In this document: positions 19,233-28,733 of the stretch, piece after piece | How positions within the stretch are numbered: position 1 is the stretch's first letter | Layout: every line of letters begins with the position of its first letter | Sequence record: DRR378314_1424 | Strand: one strand, 5' to 3' | Length of the DNA stretch: 64,000 nt | The notes under the pieces: generated by a model | The model's input: only the letters and a program-made list of their open reading frames with translations | What the model was told of the DNA's origin: nothing | The model's database searches: none | Position numbers and translations under genes: made by a program

Positions 19233-20207
19233 ATGGTTTATTTTATCTTGAAACGGATGGTTCAATCCGTATTCGTGATGCTGGCCGTCGCCTTTTTGGC
19301 CTTTTCCCTGTTCCGCTTTGTGGGCGATCCGATCACCCAGATGACGGGGGTGGAAACCTCTGTCACGGATCAGGAGCGGTTGCGCGAAGAGTTGGGATTG
19401 AACGATCCTTTTGTTTATCAGTTCGCCCGTTTCACCGGCGATATGCTGAGGGGTGATTTCGGCTTTTCCTACCGCACCCGCCAACCGGTGACTGAAATGA
19501 TCGCCAGCCGGATTCCCGCGACCCTGGAATTGGGCTTGGTCGCGTTGATCATATCGCTTCTCGTTGGTGTCCCTACCGGCGTCTATACGGCACTAAGGCC
19601 GCGCGGCGTGCTGACGCAAACCATTTTGATGACTACCCTCGTGGGGGTATCGATCCCGACTTTTGTGATTGGGATCATGCTTATCTTTATCTTTGGTGTG
19701 CAATTGGGATGGCTTCCCACTTTCGGGCGCGGTGGCACGGTACAGATCAGCGGTTGGGAAAGCTCTCTGTTCACAATCGACGGGTGGCGTGCATTGTTGC
19801 TGCCTGCAATCACGCTTGGTGTTTATCAACTGACCCTGACCATGCGACTGGTCCGCGCAGAGATGATGGAGGTCATGCGCTCCGATTATATACGCTTTGC
19901 CATGGCCCGCGGTGTGCCAATGCGCAGCCTTCACTACAAACATGCCCTCGCAAATACCATGGTACCTGTGATCACGATCATCGGGTTACAGTTTGGTGGT
20001 GTCATCGCCTTTTCCATCGTCACGGAAAGCGTGTTCCAATGGCCGGGTATGGGACTGTTATTCCTTGAGTCCATCCGCTTCGTCGATATCCCCGTGATGG
20101 GTGTCTACCTTGTGGTGATCGCGTTTTTCTTTGTCTTGGTGAACCTTATCGTTGATCTGCTCTATGTGGCGATTGATCCGCGCCTGAGGATAAGGGACGT
20201 TTCATGA
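19233..20207 (+). CDS. ABC transporter permease (DppB-like)
   Basis: GDFGFSY, PATLEL, EAA-like DYIRFAMARG, ESVFQWPGMG, IDPRLR. Confidence 0.93.
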   Translation: MVYFILKRMVQSVFVMLAVAFLAFSLFRFVGDPITQMTGVETSVTDQERLREELGLNDPFVYQFARFTGDMLRGDFGFSYRTRQPVTEMIASRIPATLELGLVALIISLLVGVPTGVYTALRPRGVLTQTILMTTLVGVSIPTFVIGIMLIFIFGVQLGWLPTFGRGGTVQISGWESSLFTIDGWRALLLPAITLGVYQLTLTMRLVRAEMMEVMRSDYIRFAMARGVPMRSLHYKHALANTMVPVITIIGLQFGGVIAFSIVTESVFQWPGMGLLFLESIRFVDIPVMGVYLVVIAFFFVLVNLIVDLLYVAIDPRLRIRDVS

Positions 20208-21109
20208 CCGCCTTTCTGAAAAAATATGAAGGGCTTTGGCTATTCGTTCACTCGCCCGCCGCCATGATCGCGGCGGTCGTAGCAGCCCTGATCATCATAG
20301 GTGCTGTCTTTGCGCCCTGGATTGCGCTGGTGAACCCCTATGATCTGGCGTCCTTCAGCCTGTTCGACGGGTTGTTACCCCCCGTCTGGCTAGAGGGCGC
20401 GAACCCCAAATACCTGTTGGGCACCGATGATCAGGGCCGCGACATGATCTCATCAATCTTGTACGGTGCGCGCCTGTCGCTCGTCATCGGCTTGTCTGCC
20501 TTGACCATTGCTGCGGTTCTTGGCGTGGGGTTGGGTCTTGCTGCGGGATATTACGGCGGGCGCTTTGATGCCGTCGTCATGCGTATCGCTGATGTGCAAT
20601 TGGCGTTGCCCGCTATCCTGACCGCGTTGTTGATCGACGGTATCGCGCGGGGAATTCTGCCTGCGGCCATTCAACAAGACCTGCGTGTTGCGGTGTTAAC
20701 ATTGGCCATCGCACTATCACTTTGGGTGAACTTTGCGCGCACCGCCCGTGCCTCCACCTTCGTGCAGATGAACAAGGAATATGTGCAGGCCGCGATCATG
20801 ATGGGTCAACATCCATTGCGTGTCATGTTCATACATATCCTGCCTAATATTATTGGGCCGCTTCTGGTGATTATGACGGTTGATCTGGCTTCGGCCATTC
20901 TGCTCGAAGCGACGCTGTCGTTTCTGGGTATCGGCCTGCCCGCTGACAGCCCCAGCCTTGGGACATTGATCCGCATAGGTATGCAATTTCTACTGTCCGG
21001 CGAATGGTGGATCCTTTGGATTCCGACTTTGTTCTTGGTGGCCTTGGTGGTCTCGATCAACATCCTTGGCGACTTCCTGCGTGACATCTTTAACCCGAGG
21101 TTGCGCTAG
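20204..21109 (+). CDS. ABC transporter permease (DppC-like)
   Basis: LGTDDQGRD, GARLSL, HILPN, EATLSFLGIG. Confidence 0.93.
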   Translation: MTAFLKKYEGLWLFVHSPAAMIAAVVAALIIIGAVFAPWIALVNPYDLASFSLFDGLLPPVWLEGANPKYLLGTDDQGRDMISSILYGARLSLVIGLSALTIAAVLGVGLGLAAGYYGGRFDAVVMRIADVQLALPAILTALLIDGIARGILPAAIQQDLRVAVLTLAIALSLWVNFARTARASTFVQMNKEYVQAAIMMGQHPLRVMFIHILPNIIGPLLVIMTVDLASAILLEATLSFLGIGLPADSPSLGTLIRIGMQFLLSGEWWILWIPTLFLVALVVSINILGDFLRDIFNPRLR

Positions 21110-22792
21110 ATGCTGACGATCAAGGACCTAACCGTAAAATTCCCGTCCCGCTTTGGCGATTTCACTGCCATTCAAGATGTCGATATGACGATTGAGCCCG
21201 GTGAAATTCACGGGCTGGTGGGCGAAAGCGGCGCGGGTAAATCAACCGTTGGCGCAGCCGTGATCGGGTTGCTTCAAGCACCGGGCTATGTGGCGAACGG
21301 CCAGTTGACGCTGGGTGACACCAATTTGCGCGAATTGACACCAGCACAGGCACATGATCTGCGGGGCGACCGTATTTCGATGATCTTTCAAGATCCTCAA
21401 ACCAGCCTGAACCCATTGATGACGGTTGAGGATCAATTGATCGAGACCATTCAGGCCCATGCGGATGTAAGCGAAAAGGCAGCACGCAAACGAGCCGTTG
21501 ATTTGCTTGAAGAGATCGGGATCAAGAACGCAGCCCAACGGATCAAAGCCTACCCACATCAGTTTTCCGGTGGCATGCGGCAGCGCGTGGTCATTGCGCT
21601 GGCCATCAGCACAGACCCCGAATTGATCATCGCGGATGAGCCGACCACAGCATTGGACGTCGCTGTGCAATCGCAGGTGCTGGATCTGATCCAACGGCTG
21701 GCGAAAGAACGCCAAATCGCATTTATGTTGATCACGCATGATATTGGGGTCATCGCCCAAGTTGCCGACCGTGTTACTGTCATGCGCAAGGGGCAAGTGA
21801 TAGAAACCGGCGATACGGCTCAGGTACTGGGTGCCCCTCAACATCCCTATACACAAGCCCTGATGGATGCGGTGCCGCCGCTGGATCGTAAGATCGACCG
21901 GTTTCGTGTTCCCGCAGAGGATGACACCGCGCCAAGCCAAGGTAACGCCGCAGAGCAATGGCTGCTTGAAGGACAACAACACGACCTGACAGGGCTTTCA
22001 TTGCAGAACCTGACCGTCCGGTTCGCAAGCCCGCGCACATCCCTGTTTCACAAGCCGCCCCCCTATGTGGCTTTGGACGACGTCACATTGAACATCAAAC
22101 CCGGCTCAATCATGGGGCTGGTCGGTGAAAGCGGGTCGGGAAAATCCACTCTGGCCAAGGCAATCACGGGATTGGTGACCCCCAGCAGTGGCGCGATGAT
22201 GCTGGGCGACACAGAGCTGCCCTTCGGGAAATCCCGCAGCCGTCATCACCCATCGCGACAGCTGGTTCAAATGGTGTTTCAGGACCCCTATTCAAGCCTG
22301 AATTCCCGTCACCGGATCGGGGCAATCCTGACCGAACCATTGTGGTTTTACGGTTTTGTTAAAGACGCGCGTGAACGCGAAAAACTGGCAGCATCTATGC
22401 TGGCCCTTGTCGGCATGCAGCCTGACGCAATCACCAAATACCCACATCAGTTTTCCGGCGGTCAACGCCAACGTATTGCAGTGGCCCGCGCCTTGCTGGC
22501 GCGCCCACGGTTCCTGATCTGCGATGAACCTACTTCGGCTTTGGATGTATCCATTCAAGCGGAAATCCTGAATCTGTTGAAAGATCTCCAAGCCAAGTTC
22601 GGTCTGACAGTCCTTTTCATCAGCCACAACCTTGCCGTGGTGCGCCAAATGGCAGATGAGACTGCGGTGCTGCGCAATGGCAAGATTGAAGAAATCGGTG
22701 ATACTCACACGCTCTACACCGCACCGCAGGCAGCCTATACCAAATCGCTGCTGGAATTGACGCCAGTGATGCCAACCTCCTGGACGCGCTGA
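21110..22792 (+). CDS. ABC transporter ATP-binding protein with two fused ATPase domains
   Basis: GESGAGKS and GESGSGKS Walker A motifs, two FSGG signatures, two DEPT motifs. Confidence 0.95.
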   Translation: MLTIKDLTVKFPSRFGDFTAIQDVDMTIEPGEIHGLVGESGAGKSTVGAAVIGLLQAPGYVANGQLTLGDTNLRELTPAQAHDLRGDRISMIFQDPQTSLNPLMTVEDQLIETIQAHADVSEKAARKRAVDLLEEIGIKNAAQRIKAYPHQFSGGMRQRVVIALAISTDPELIIADEPTTALDVAVQSQVLDLIQRLAKERQIAFMLITHDIGVIAQVADRVTVMRKGQVIETGDTAQVLGAPQHPYTQALMDAVPPLDRKIDRFRVPAEDDTAPSQGNAAEQWLLEGQQHDLTGLSLQNLTVRFASPRTSLFHKPPPYVALDDVTLNIKPGSIMGLVGESGSGKSTLAKAITGLVTPSSGAMMLGDTELPFGKSRSRHHPSRQLVQMVFQDPYSSLNSRHRIGAILTEPLWFYGFVKDAREREKLAASMLALVGMQPDAITKYPHQFSGGQRQRIAVARALLARPRFLICDEPTSALDVSIQAEILNLLKDLQAKFGLTVLFISHNLAVVRQMADETAVLRNGKIEEIGDTHTLYTAPQAAYTKSLLELTPVMPTSWTR

Positions 22793-23033
22793 TCTTGCGT
22801 CCAAACTCAAGGGGCAGATCGTGTTCCGGCGACTTTGAGGTGCACTACAATGCGCGTAAATGCAAACAAGCGCACCTGCGGACGGATCGTCGTCATCCAT
22901 GCGCCCTACATCAGCTGCAAAAGCCGCCTGCCGCTCCATTTCGTGAAGTTGCCCTTTGGGCGCTGGGATCCGTTTACGTGAATGCATAAGCGGCTTATAC
23001 ATCGTTAAGAATTCAGCAAGGGTTGGAACTGAC

Positions 23034-24035
23034 TTGAACATTGTAAAAAGCAAGGCGCGTTGGGATCTTAAGAATGACAGGGCCATCGCCGAAGCCGTGC
23101 GGCACGCCCGTATCCCCCTGTGCGTTTCCGACCCCAATATTGCGGATAATCCGATTGTGTTTGCAAATGACGCATTCATGACACTGACCGGATACACCCC
23201 GGAAGAGGTGATCGGAAAAAACTGCCGTATCCTTCAAGGGGCCGGGACAACACCGGAAAGCGTCAACGCCATCCGCCGCGCCATTGAAGGACAGAAGGTC
23301 GAGACTGTTGAAATCCTGAACTATCGCAAGGATGGCTCCAGCTTTCTCAATGCGCTGCAACTTGGCCCGATTTTGGATGATGACGGGCGGTTGATTTACT
23401 TCTTCGGCTCGCAGCTTGATATCAGCGAGAAACGCGAGGCAGAGAGAAAAGCCAGAGAGCTTGCCGAGGCCGAGTTGATTCACAGGCTTCGCAATATCGT
23501 GAATGTGATGGCCGTGGTGATCGAGATGACGGCCCATGAGGAAGAAGACCCTCAGGCCCTGAGTACCACCATGGTTGAACGGCTGCGGGCCTTGAGTGAT
23601 GCCCATCTGCGCACCATTGGGCAAGCGGATGAAAAGGCAATTGTCCAGACAGCAGAATTGATCACGACAATTGTAAGCGCCTATGCCCCCAAGGGTGCAT
23701 CACAGTTTAAACTTGCCGGGGATGAAACGGCCATCCCACCGCATCTGCTATCCTGTATCGCGCTGACGTTGCACGAGCTCGCGACCAATTCCGTGAAACA
23801 TGGTGCCTTGGGCGCGCGGGATGGCGTGATCGAGGTCGCATGGCAGACCACCATGACTGACGGTGATGCCTGTCTCTCACTCCAGTGGCAGGAAAGGAAC
23901 GGCCCCAGCGTTGTGAAACCTGCCCAGCAAAGCGGCTCAAGGATCATCAATGATCTGATTGAAGCAGCCGGTGGTTCGCTTGAACTTGAGTGGCACAAGG
24001 AGGGCCTGATCGCCCGCGCAGTCTTGCCGATCTGA
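23034..24035 (+). CDS. LOV (blue-light) HWE-family histidine kinase
   Basis: DNPIVFAN...GKNCRILQG with the photoactive Cys, NYRKDG, FFGSQLD; ELIHRLRN, HELATNSVKHGAL, WQERNGP. Start uncertain (22956-23034). Confidence 0.9.
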   Translation: MNIVKSKARWDLKNDRAIAEAVRHARIPLCVSDPNIADNPIVFANDAFMTLTGYTPEEVIGKNCRILQGAGTTPESVNAIRRAIEGQKVETVEILNYRKDGSSFLNALQLGPILDDDGRLIYFFGSQLDISEKREAERKARELAEAELIHRLRNIVNVMAVVIEMTAHEEEDPQALSTTMVERLRALSDAHLRTIGQADEKAIVQTAELITTIVSAYAPKGASQFKLAGDETAIPPHLLSCIALTLHELATNSVKHGALGARDGVIEVAWQTTMTDGDACLSLQWQERNGPSVVKPAQQSGSRIINDLIEAAGGSLELEWHKEGLIARAVLPI

Positions 24036-24110
24036 GCGCGGGAAATCAGCGGTCAGAAAATCCGCCCCAGATCCAAATCTATGCCACGCTTTTGCCGTTA
24101 GGACCCCGGA

Positions 24111-25751
24111 ATGTCACCCAATAGTTCAAGCCGCCTGGCGGTCATAGGTTTTGGTCCGCGCGGTTTGGGGGCACTTGAGGCGCTTTATGCTGAAACCCGC
24201 GACCACGCTACACAAGTCACCGTGGATATCTTTGATCCTTTTGACTGGCCCGCCGCGGGACCGAATTTTGCGCCAGACCAAAGCGCCCATTGCATTCTGA
24301 ACATTCCCATTCGGGCATTGGACATCGACCCGCCAAGCTTTCTGGCGGATCTCATCCCCCCTTTCGCCGATTGGTCATCCGCGCCCTATCAGCCAGATGA
24401 TTTTCCCCCGCGCTCGGATCTGGGGGCATATCTTCATGCACGGTTCAAAGCGCTTTGTGCGGCGGCTGAGGGGCGGTTCGAAATCACCCATACGAAAACC
24501 GCAATCAACGGCCTGACCGACACCGCCACCGGTTGGTGGCTGGAAGCGGACGGTCAGCAATACGGACCCTATGATGAGATATTGTTGGCGCAGGGGCAGC
24601 CCGCGACCAGCCCGGATCCGCAACGCGCCCGCTGGGCGGCCTATGCAGCGGATCACAAGCTGACGCTGACCTCTGCCTATCCTGCAAATGATCTGTTGCA
24701 AGCTGCCAGGGATTGGCAGGGGAAAACCGTCGCCATACGCGGTCTTGGCCTTTCGACGCTGGATGTGGTGCGCATGTTGACATGGGGGCTTGGCGGGCAG
24801 TTTGAAGACGGCAAATACTCCCCCTCTGGTCGCGAACCACACAGGATCCTGCCCTTTTCGCTTGATGGCATGCCGCCTGCAGCCAAGCCGGCAACGGGGG
24901 CGGTTGATGGCCAGTATGACCCCACTGCCGAAGAAACCCGCGCCTTTGCGGCGGCGTTAAATGACACATTATCCCAACAGCCGGACGCGGCGCTGCAAAC
25001 GGTTTGCGCGGCGCTGGTCGCCCCTGCGGTCCGTATCCTTACTGCGCTGGGTGCGGCAAAAACCAAAGTGGATGTTCAACGATGGCTGGCGGCTGAACGG
25101 GACGCTCCCGGTACCCAGGAAGACCAACCCGCCACCGCCGCCCTGAAGACTGCAATTGAGATGGCGCATGGTCGGGTGGCCCCGAATGTCGGCTATGTGA
25201 TCGGGCAACTCTGGCGCAAGTGGCAGAACCCACTGCGCAGCGGGGTGAACGCTGTTCGGCATACTCCGCTGACCGCTGCGGCATTGGTTGGGTTTGACGA
25301 AGGGTTGAAGCGCTACAGTTACGGGCCGCCCGTGTCGGCGGCGGAGGAGCTGCTTACCCTGATAGAATGCGGGCTTGTCAGCCTTTGCACAGCGGATGAT
25401 CCTGCGGTGCTGCTGGAACCAACGGGTTGGCGGCTGATCGAAGGAGAGGATGGGCTGCTGGCACCAGTGATGATTGACGCGGTTCTGGCAAACCCGGACC
25501 TTGAGCAGATCAGCGACCCATTGATCGTGACCTGCATGTCTGAGGGGCGGATCCGGCATATCGCAGATGGATTGGGCGCACATACCCTGCCTGATGGCCA
25601 GTTGGTCAACCGCGAGGGCGCGGGGCAAATCGGCATTTCACTGCTGGGCCGGCTGGCTTTGGGCAGTGTCATCGCACCGGACTCCCTGCATGATTGTTTC
25701 GGATCATCCACAATACGATGGGCCAAAGGTTTCGCCGAGAGGCGGTTTTAG
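24111..25751 (+). CDS. FAD/NAD(P)-binding protein of unknown function
   Basis: AVIGFGPRG, FPPRSDLGAYL, second Rossmann motif IRGLGLSTLD. Confidence 0.8.
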   Translation: MSPNSSSRLAVIGFGPRGLGALEALYAETRDHATQVTVDIFDPFDWPAAGPNFAPDQSAHCILNIPIRALDIDPPSFLADLIPPFADWSSAPYQPDDFPPRSDLGAYLHARFKALCAAAEGRFEITHTKTAINGLTDTATGWWLEADGQQYGPYDEILLAQGQPATSPDPQRARWAAYAADHKLTLTSAYPANDLLQAARDWQGKTVAIRGLGLSTLDVVRMLTWGLGGQFEDGKYSPSGREPHRILPFSLDGMPPAAKPATGAVDGQYDPTAEETRAFAAALNDTLSQQPDAALQTVCAALVAPAVRILTALGAAKTKVDVQRWLAAERDAPGTQEDQPATAALKTAIEMAHGRVAPNVGYVIGQLWRKWQNPLRSGVNAVRHTPLTAAALVGFDEGLKRYSYGPPVSAAEELLTLIECGLVSLCTADDPAVLLEPTGWRLIEGEDGLLAPVMIDAVLANPDLEQISDPLIVTCMSEGRIRHIADGLGAHTLPDGQLVNREGAGQIGISLLGRLALGSVIAPDSLHDCFGSSTIRWAKGFAERRF

Positions 25752-25886
25752 GGCCAGTGCCTGCCGGGCGGGAGCGTCCGAATGCCCCCGTGCCCAACAC
25801 ACCAGCAACACGACGGGACGTGATCACAGGAATGTGTGGAAATTCGCGCCACAGGACAGCGCTTGATCTTGGCACAGCACAAACAA

Positions 25887-25901
25887 GAACATATAGTGAA
25901 C
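25887..25901 (+). promoter_or_regulatory. Alphaproteobacterial LexA (SOS) box
   Basis: GAAC-atatagt-GAAC (GAAC-N7-GAAC), ending 3 nt before the ATG at 25905. Confidence 0.8.
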
Positions 25902-25904
25902 ACT

Positions 25905-27140
25905 ATGGTTCAAAAAACGCTAAATCAAAAACTTGCGATCCTCAGTGACGCGGCAAAATATGACGCCTCCTGCGCTTCTTCCGGTTCTTCCAAACGAGAT
26001 TCCCGCGATGGCAAAGGGTTGGGATCAAATGACGGTGCCGGCATCTGCCATGCCTATGCCCCGGACGGGCGCTGCATCAGTTTGCTGAAAATCCTGATGA
26101 CCAATTTTTGCATCTACGATTGCAGCTATTGCATCAATCGGGTGTCCTCCAATGTGGAGCGCGCAAGATTTACGGTCGATGAGGTGGTGAAGCTGACCAT
26201 CGAATTTTACCGGCGCAATTATATTGAAGGGCTGTTTTTATCCTCGGGTGTGATCCGCTCGCCTGATGACACGATGGCCGAAATGGTGCTGATCGCCAGA
26301 AAGCTGCGCGAAGAGGAGAATTTTCGCGGCTATATCCATCTGAAAACCATCCCCGATGCGGCACCGGAACTGATCGCACAGGCAGGGCTGTTGGCGGACC
26401 GTCTGTCGATCAATGTGGAATTGCCCACCGATGCCGCCGTGTCGCAATATGCGCCCGAAAAGAAGCCAGAACAGATCCGGCGCGCCATGGCCGATGTGCG
26501 GCTGCGCAAGGATGCAGCCAAGGAAAAATCCCATACTGGCAGGCGGCCACCGCGTTTTGCCCCCGCCGGGCAGTCGACACAGATGATCATCGGCGCGGAT
26601 GGGTCCAATGATGCGGCTGTTCTGGGTCAGTCAACGCGGCTTTATTCCAGTTACAAGCTGAAGCGGGTGTATTATTCCGCCTTCTCGCCGATCCCGGATA
26701 GTTCGGCCAAGCTGCCGCTGATCCGCCCGCCGCTTGAACGGGAGCATCGGTTGTATCAGGCGGATTGGTTGCTGCGGTTTTATGATTTTCAGTTGGATGA
26801 AATCACTTCAGTGACCAAAGACGGGAACCTTGATCTTGAGGTGGATCCGAAACTGGCATGGGCGCTGGTCCACCGCAGTGTTTTTCCGCTTGATGTAAAC
26901 CGGGCCAGTAAAGAGATGTTGTTGCGCGTGCCCGGTTTCGGGGTCAAGACCGTGAACCGCATTCTGACCACGCGCCGCCACCGCGCGTTGCGTTATGAGG
27001 ATATTGCCCGCATGGGCGGGTCAATGAAAAAGGCGCGGGCGTTTATCGTGGCGGACGGATGGTCGCCCGGTGCCCTGACCGACAGTGCAGACCTGCGTGC
27101 CCGGTTCACCCCGCCGCCAAAGCAGCTGACCCTGTTCTGA
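25905..27140 (+). CDS. Putative DNA modification/repair radical SAM protein (with C-terminal HhH)
   Basis: AAKYDASCASSG, GICH, CISLLKIL.TNFCIYDCSYC, REHRLYQADWLLRFY, RVPGFG, C-terminal QLTLF. Confidence 0.93.
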   Translation: MVQKTLNQKLAILSDAAKYDASCASSGSSKRDSRDGKGLGSNDGAGICHAYAPDGRCISLLKILMTNFCIYDCSYCINRVSSNVERARFTVDEVVKLTIEFYRRNYIEGLFLSSGVIRSPDDTMAEMVLIARKLREEENFRGYIHLKTIPDAAPELIAQAGLLADRLSINVELPTDAAVSQYAPEKKPEQIRRAMADVRLRKDAAKEKSHTGRRPPRFAPAGQSTQMIIGADGSNDAAVLGQSTRLYSSYKLKRVYYSAFSPIPDSSAKLPLIRPPLEREHRLYQADWLLRFYDFQLDEITSVTKDGNLDLEVDPKLAWALVHRSVFPLDVNRASKEMLLRVPGFGVKTVNRILTTRRHRALRYEDIARMGGSMKKARAFIVADGWSPGALTDSADLRARFTPPPKQLTLF

Positions 27141-28561
27141 TGCATCACGTCATCATCCCGGAGATCGACGCCGCCACCGTCTGGCGTGACAAGGCACGCG
27201 GGTTTCTGGCGGCCGGTGTTGCGCCAAGCCGGATCATCTGGGGCGACACGACCAGCGCGGCGGATCTTTTTGCCCTGGAACAGGACACCCCGCCGCAATC
27301 CGCCATCACCGTGCCACGCAGCTTTGTCGCCATGGCAAACACGGTGGTCTGGCACAATGATCCCGAACGCTTTGCCCGGCTCTATGCGTTCTTGTGGCGG
27401 TTGCGCGACGCGCCCCATTTGATGGCAGATCGCGGCGATGCGGATCTGGCGCACCTGCGGCAGATGGAAAAGAATGTGCGCCGCTGTCAGCACAAGATGA
27501 AAGCCTTTGTGCGGTTTCGTGAAATCAGCAGAGAGGGCGCAAACCGGCGTTCCTTTGCGGCATGGTTCGAACCGACACATCATACTGTAGAGCCGACCGC
27601 AGATTTTTTTGTCCGCCGGTTCGCCGATATGGACTGGCGTATTCTAACACCGCGCATCTCTGCCGTTTTTGAGGGCGGGCAGTTGACGATCCAGGCCGGA
27701 CAGCCCAAGCCCGATCTGCCCGAAGACGCCGGTGAAGAGCTGTGGATCACCTATTTCCGCAATATCTTCAATCCGGCGCGGGTAAAGCTGCAAGCGATGC
27801 AATCGGAGATGCCCAAGAAGTATTGGAAGAACATGCCGGAAGCGGCGGCGATCCCGGATATGATTGCCAATGCCCCGGCCCGTGCGCGCGCGATGGCTTT
27901 GGCCGCCCCCTCCCTGCCCCCCAGACATATGCCAAATGCGCAGGCACAGCTGGCGCAATGCCCGTCGGCATGGGATGGTCCAGAGGCTGCATTGCCCGCA
28001 GCGATCACCGCCTGCACCCGCTGCCCGTTGCATCAAAAGGCCACCCAAGCGGTCCTTGGCGAAGGGCCGCTGGATGCTGATCTGATGATTGTGGGGGAGC
28101 AACCCGGCGATCAGGAGGATCTGGCCGGTCGCCCCTTTGTCGGCCCCGCAGGCCAGCTGTTTGACAGGCTCGCAGCAGCGGTAGCACTGAACCGCAGTAA
28201 GGCCTATGTCACCAATGCGGTGAAACACTTCAAGTTTCAGCCCAAAGGCAGGCGGCGCATCCATCAACGCCCGAACACTGCCGAGATTGACCATTGCAAA
28301 TGGTGGCTGGAGGCGGAGCTGGCGCAGGTCAAACCCAGACTGGTCGTCGCCATGGGCGCAACGGCGGCGCAGGCGCTGACCGGCAAGGGCACAGAAATCA
28401 TGGCCCGGCGCGGCGGGATTGAAACCGGTTTGTCCGGCCTGCCCATCCTGATCACACTGCATCCATCCTATGTGCTGCGCCATCCCGATGCCGACGGGCG
28501 GATTGCGGCGGAAGCGCTGTTGCAGCAGGATTTGCAGGCGGCTGCGGCTTATCTTGGGTGA
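27140..28561 (+). CDS. DUF4130 plus UdgX-family uracil-DNA binding protein fusion
   Basis: HKMKAFVRF, NIFNPAR, EMPKKYW; CTRCPL, VGEQPGDQED, PFVGPAG, HFKF..KGRRRIH, TLHPS; start overlaps the upstream stop. Confidence 0.92.
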   Translation: MHHVIIPEIDAATVWRDKARGFLAAGVAPSRIIWGDTTSAADLFALEQDTPPQSAITVPRSFVAMANTVVWHNDPERFARLYAFLWRLRDAPHLMADRGDADLAHLRQMEKNVRRCQHKMKAFVRFREISREGANRRSFAAWFEPTHHTVEPTADFFVRRFADMDWRILTPRISAVFEGGQLTIQAGQPKPDLPEDAGEELWITYFRNIFNPARVKLQAMQSEMPKKYWKNMPEAAAIPDMIANAPARARAMALAAPSLPPRHMPNAQAQLAQCPSAWDGPEAALPAAITACTRCPLHQKATQAVLGEGPLDADLMIVGEQPGDQEDLAGRPFVGPAGQLFDRLAAAVALNRSKAYVTNAVKHFKFQPKGRRRIHQRPNTAEIDHCKWWLEAELAQVKPRLVVAMGATAAQALTGKGTEIMARRGGIETGLSGLPILITLHPSYVLRHPDADGRIAAEALLQQDLQAAAAYLG

Positions 28562-28733
28562 TATATATCCGAAGGGCGACCTGCCGGTTTGTGGCACGGA
28601 GGCTATGGGGTTTGCTGACGTCTTTGACCCGCGCCCCAGCACAAGCTGCCCGACTGCGGCGGCACACTTCCCAAGCGCCGCAGACCAATAGAAGCCTCTT
28701 ACGTGGAAGGTGTAGCCGCATCCAAGAGGCCGG

